Shown piece after piece: positions 60,975-64,000 of a stretch of DNA of 64,000 nt (position 1 is its first letter; each line of letters starts with the position of its first letter). This DNA is from a bacterium (GTDB taxonomy: Bacteria; UBA8248): NCBI GenBank assembly GCA_963692865.2, contig OY843592.1, forward strand, positions 3,744,001 to 3,808,000. Reading direction: 5' to 3'. The notes under the pieces are model-generated. The model did no database searches, was not told the origin of the DNA, and worked only from the letters and a program-made list of their open reading frames with translations. Made by a program: the position numbers and the translations under genes.

Positions 60975-61121
60975 GAGGCTGTTGAAAAAGTCCTGTGGAG
61001 TGAATTTAGTTGCACGCACGCTTTTGAAATTCACTCCCCCCTCAAGGGGGGAGTGGTTCTTCTCTCTCATCTGTTGATTCCAAACGCCGAACCATGAAAT
61101 CGGGACTTTTTCAACAACCCC
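60975..61121. mobile_element. MITE between the deaminase and creatininase genes
   Basis: GAGGCTGTTGAAAAA/TTTTTCAACAACCCC ends, TSD AAAAC at 60970-74 and 61122-26, internal cactcccccc-tcaa-ggggggagtg hairpin. Confidence 0.85.
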
Positions 61122-61139
61122 AAAACGAGGAGAAAATTC

Positions 61140-61964
61140 ATGAGCCGCTGGATACAGGAACTGACCTGGCCGGACGTGGCGGAATACCTCGAGCGCGCGG
61201 ATACGGCGCTCGTGCCCGTCGGCGCCACGGAGCAGCACGGGCCGCACTGCCCCATCGGAACGGACGCGGCCGAGGCCATCGCGACCGCGGAAGAAGTGGC
61301 CGGGCGGGCGGACGCCCTCATCGCCGCGCCCCTGTGGTTCGGGTGGTCGCCCCATCACCTGGGCTTTCCGGGAACGATATCCCTCGCCGCGGATACGCTG
61401 ACGCGCGTCGTCGAGGACGTGTGCAACAGCCTCGTGGTTCACGGCTTCCGGCACATCGTGATCCTGAACGGGCACCGGGTCGCGAACCTCCCGCCATTGG
61501 AGATCGCCGTCGTGCGGGTCAGGAACCTGACGGGCGCCGCCGTCGCCGTCGTGGACCTCGCCCTCATCGCCGGGAAGGAGATTCGAGACGTCTGCGAGAG
61601 TCCCCCCGGAGGCGTGGGCCACGGGTGCGAATCCGAGACCTCCTTCATGCTCTACAAGTACGGCGAGCAGGTGAAGATGGAGCGCGCCGTGGACGCGATT
61701 CCCGAGGTGGGCGATTTCGAGCGCCGCTTCGTGTCCGTGGACCACGCCGTCAACCGGGTCGAAAACCCGAAACTCTCCTTTCCGCCGACGATAGAGGAAT
61801 ACGGGAGCAACCGGGAAGCGATGGGCGTCGGCGGCGCGGCCACCCTGGCATCGGCTGAGAAGGGGGAGAAAATCTTCGAGGCCATCGCGGCGAACGCGAC
61901 GAGATTCGTCAAAACCTTTCAGAACGTGTCCGTCTCCATCAAGGCGACCGCCCCGCCTCTTTAG
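61140..61964 (+). CDS. Creatininase family protein
   Basis: PVGATEQHGPHCPIGTD, SPHH..FPGT, NGH and HGCESETS motifs. Confidence 0.92.
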   Translation: MSRWIQELTWPDVAEYLERADTALVPVGATEQHGPHCPIGTDAAEAIATAEEVAGRADALIAAPLWFGWSPHHLGFPGTISLAADTLTRVVEDVCNSLVVHGFRHIVILNGHRVANLPPLEIAVVRVRNLTGAAVAVVDLALIAGKEIRDVCESPPGGVGHGCESETSFMLYKYGEQVKMERAVDAIPEVGDFERRFVSVDHAVNRVENPKLSFPPTIEEYGSNREAMGVGGAATLASAEKGEKIFEAIAANATRFVKTFQNVSVSIKATAPPL

Positions 61965-62345
61965 GGAGGTGTTGAAAAACCCCTCCTCGCTCGGATTGAC
62001 CACCGCCGTTATTGTCGTTTCTATTGTAGGGGCCGCATATCATGCGGCCCGGCTTTTTCGCCTTCACAATACGGGTCGCATGATATGCGGCCCCTGCAAT
62101 CGAGATTGCACGCCGTCATTCCGGCGCATGCCGGAATCCAGGGACTTTGCTTTGGAATTCGTCTTTTCGCATATTGTTTTTCATGGTCGTCCTGCGGTTC
62201 GAAATTCACCTCGGCTCTGGATTCCGTCGAACCCTCCCTCCGCGGTCGGCTCCGACACCGGAATGACGAGCAAAACCGTCGAACCCTCCCTTCCCGGTCG
62301 GCTGCATTCGCCGAATCGCGAAATCAGGTGTTTTTCAACAGCCCC
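61965..62345. mobile_element. MITE carrying a REP doublet and a GTCATTCC pair
   Basis: GGAGGTGTTGAAAAA / TTTTTCAACAGCCCC ends. Left and right arms resemble those of 59630-59944. No TSD seen. Confidence 0.75.
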
Positions 62346-62531
62346 TTGTCAGGAGGGGTATAACAAGGCCATGTATCCGCGCTCGGTCGGCGACGCGATG
62401 ATCCCGTAGGGGCGGACCTGTGTGTCCGCCCGACTCCGGAACAGGGTTTTTCAACATCCTCTTGTCAGGGGGTATAAAAAGGCGATGTGCCCCGCCGGGT
62501 AGAGAGGCTTTTTCTTCTTACCCCCTGACAA

Positions 62532-62724
62532 GGGGCTGTTGAAAAAGCCCTCCTCGCTCGGATTGACCACCGCCGTCATTGTCGTTTCTATTGTAGGGGC
62601 CGCATATCATGCGGCCCGGCTTTTTCGCCTTCACAATACGGGTCGCATGATATGTCGGACATATATGTCCGACCTACGGGTAAAACGTGGTTGATCCGAG
62701 AGGGACAGGTTTTTCAACAACCCC
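62532..62724. mobile_element. MITE carrying an 85-bp REP doublet
   Basis: GGGGCTGTTGAAAAA / TTTTTCAACAACCCC ends, TSD GACAA at 62527-31 and 62725-29. Inserted in a C-run/G-run hairpin. Confidence 0.88.
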
Positions 62725-62853
62725 GACAAGGGGGGGGTTGCCTTTATCGGGTTTCCCCCTCAAGGGGGAGGGAGGGTTGCCTTTCCGGGGCGGCGCCCCT
62801 GGTGAAGCCGATGAGGCCGCCGCGCATCGCCGGGAATCCGGCGACCGGCTTTC

Positions 62854-64000
62854 TCAGAATATATCTTCCGCGATACTCCCCGCGACCCGTTCCGCCGCCT
62901 CGTGCGCGGAATCGCGCGCCAGGTGCGCGTAACGCGCCGTGGTCTGTACGTGGGCGTGGCCGAGGAGCTTCGCGATGACGGGGAGTCCTTCTCCCAGCGC
63001 GAGCGCTCTCGAGGCGTAGGAATGGCGAAGGTCGTGGAGCCGCACGTCGTCGAGGCCCGCCCGCGCGCGGACGGGCCGCCAGACGTGATCGAGGCCGCTC
63101 AGGCGCGCGCCCGGCTTCCTGCCGGGAATGACCCAGGGATTCCCCTCCGCCCGGGGGAGGGCGGCCAGGAGCGCGACCGCCTGCGGCGGAAGCGAGACCA
63201 CCCGCGCGCCCGTCTTGGAGTCCGGCAGCCTCAGCTCGCCCTCGTCCAGCGCCACGTCCTCCCAGCGGAGAGCGAGTATTTCGGACTTCCGGCACCCGGT
63301 CAGCATGAGCAGGCGTATGGCGGCCAGAGCGGGCGCGGACGCCCCGCGCTGATTCTCCATCTCTTCCAGAACGGACCCCAGGCGCGTGAACTCCTCATCC
63401 GTCAGGAACCGCTCCCTCTTGCGTTCGGGGTATTTGACGATCAGGCGGCAGGGGTTGCGGCCCTCGGGCGCCAGTCCCCAGTTCTCGGCCAGCCTGTACA
63501 TCGCATGGAGGATTCGGACGACCATGTTCGCGACAACGGGCGTCTCGCACAGGCTCTGGTGCAGTTCCGTCACCCGCGCCCGCTCCAGCGCCATGATCGG
63601 CGCCTTGCCCAAAGCGGGCACGATGTGCTTCCGCACGACCGCCCTGGTCTTCGCGGCGGTGCCCGGCTTGCAGCGCACCGAGACGTATTCGGTGAGATAC
63701 CGCTCGGCGAGGGCCGCCACGTTGGGCCCGCCCGCGGGCTTCAGCCGCTTCGGAATCGCCTCCTCGCCCGCCTTGATACGGGCGATGATGAGCGCCGCCC
63801 TCCGGCGCGCCTGCTCGGCGCCGATCACGCCGTGGCGGCCCACCGCCACCCGCCTGGGTCCTCCCGGGCCCCGCGCCTGGGCGACGTAGACTTTTGAGCC
63901 GGTGGGGTAGACCCTGACGCCGAAGCCCGTGAGGTCCCCGTCCCAGAACACCGTATCCTTGTGAACCGCCAGCTTCTCGACCGCCCGGTTCGAGAGCGTT
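62854..64000 (-). CDS. Tyrosine recombinase/integrase with Arm DNA-binding (DUF4102-like) domain; 5' end lies off the window
   Basis: FWDGDLTGFGVRV, TGCRKSE, DSKTG, LHDLRHSYAS, LLGH and TTARYAH motifs. The frame stays open to the window edge (TLSNRAVEKL). Confidence 0.93.
   Translation of the reverse strand, partial: TLSNRAVEKLAVHKDTVFWDGDLTGFGVRVYPTGSKVYVAQARGPGGPRRVAVGRHGVIGAEQARRRAALIIARIKAGEEAIPKRLKPAGGPNVAALAERYLTEYVSVRCKPGTAAKTRAVVRKHIVPALGKAPIMALERARVTELHQSLCETPVVANMVVRILHAMYRLAENWGLAPEGRNPCRLIVKYPERKRERFLTDEEFTRLGSVLEEMENQRGASAPALAAIRLLMLTGCRKSEILALRWEDVALDEGELRLPDSKTGARVVSLPPQAVALLAALPRAEGNPWVIPGRKPGARLSGLDHVWRPVRARAGLDDVRLHDLRHSYASRALALGEGLPVIAKLLGHAHVQTTARYAHLARDSAHEAAERVAGSIAEDIF

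Overview
High-GC bacterial chromosomal window. The gene set (futalosine-type menaquinone genes, hisZ-purA-serA operon, many amidohydrolases, small repeat-containing coiled-coil membrane proteins, solitary Arm-domain integrases) would fit a Nitrospinota/Tectomicrobia- or Deltaproteobacteria-like marine symbiont, but that is inference only. Positions 1-13.4 kb are accessory: a decayed integrase next to an AT-richer nuclease-STAND (Avs-like) gene, two amidohydrolases, a MetE-like gene, a Phd/RelE toxin-antitoxin pair, a frameshifted OLD-like ATPase-TOPRIM gene, and a 1.2-kb repeat-flanked islet with a pseudoknotted RNA leader and two orphan exported proteins. Positions 13.5-45.5 kb are mostly housekeeping genes on the minus strand (BCCT, aceE, menG/mqnP/mqnL, gatC, uvrD, a split-GlmU/glmM/glmS cluster, a degenerate enhancer-binding protein, thiolase/CoA ligase, DEDD exonuclease, tatBC, acyP, ccdA, purA, hisZ, serA, class V aminotransferase). 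Positions 45.5-64 kb hold a porin, tandem small proteins, a VCBS protein, an NYN RNase, a TMTC-like protein, TPP riboswitch-thiC, an LLM oxidoreductase, DUF192, a deaminase, a creatininase and an integrase. The most striking unannotated signal is intergenic. A family of non-autonomous MITEs (15-bp TIR GGGG(C/T)TGTTGAAAAA, 5-bp target-site duplications, insertion into hairpin loops, nesting) has interiors built from interchangeable arms and GTAG-REP doublets that are swapped or inverted exactly at the GTAG/CTAC boundary. No rRNA, tRNA or CRISPR array was found.
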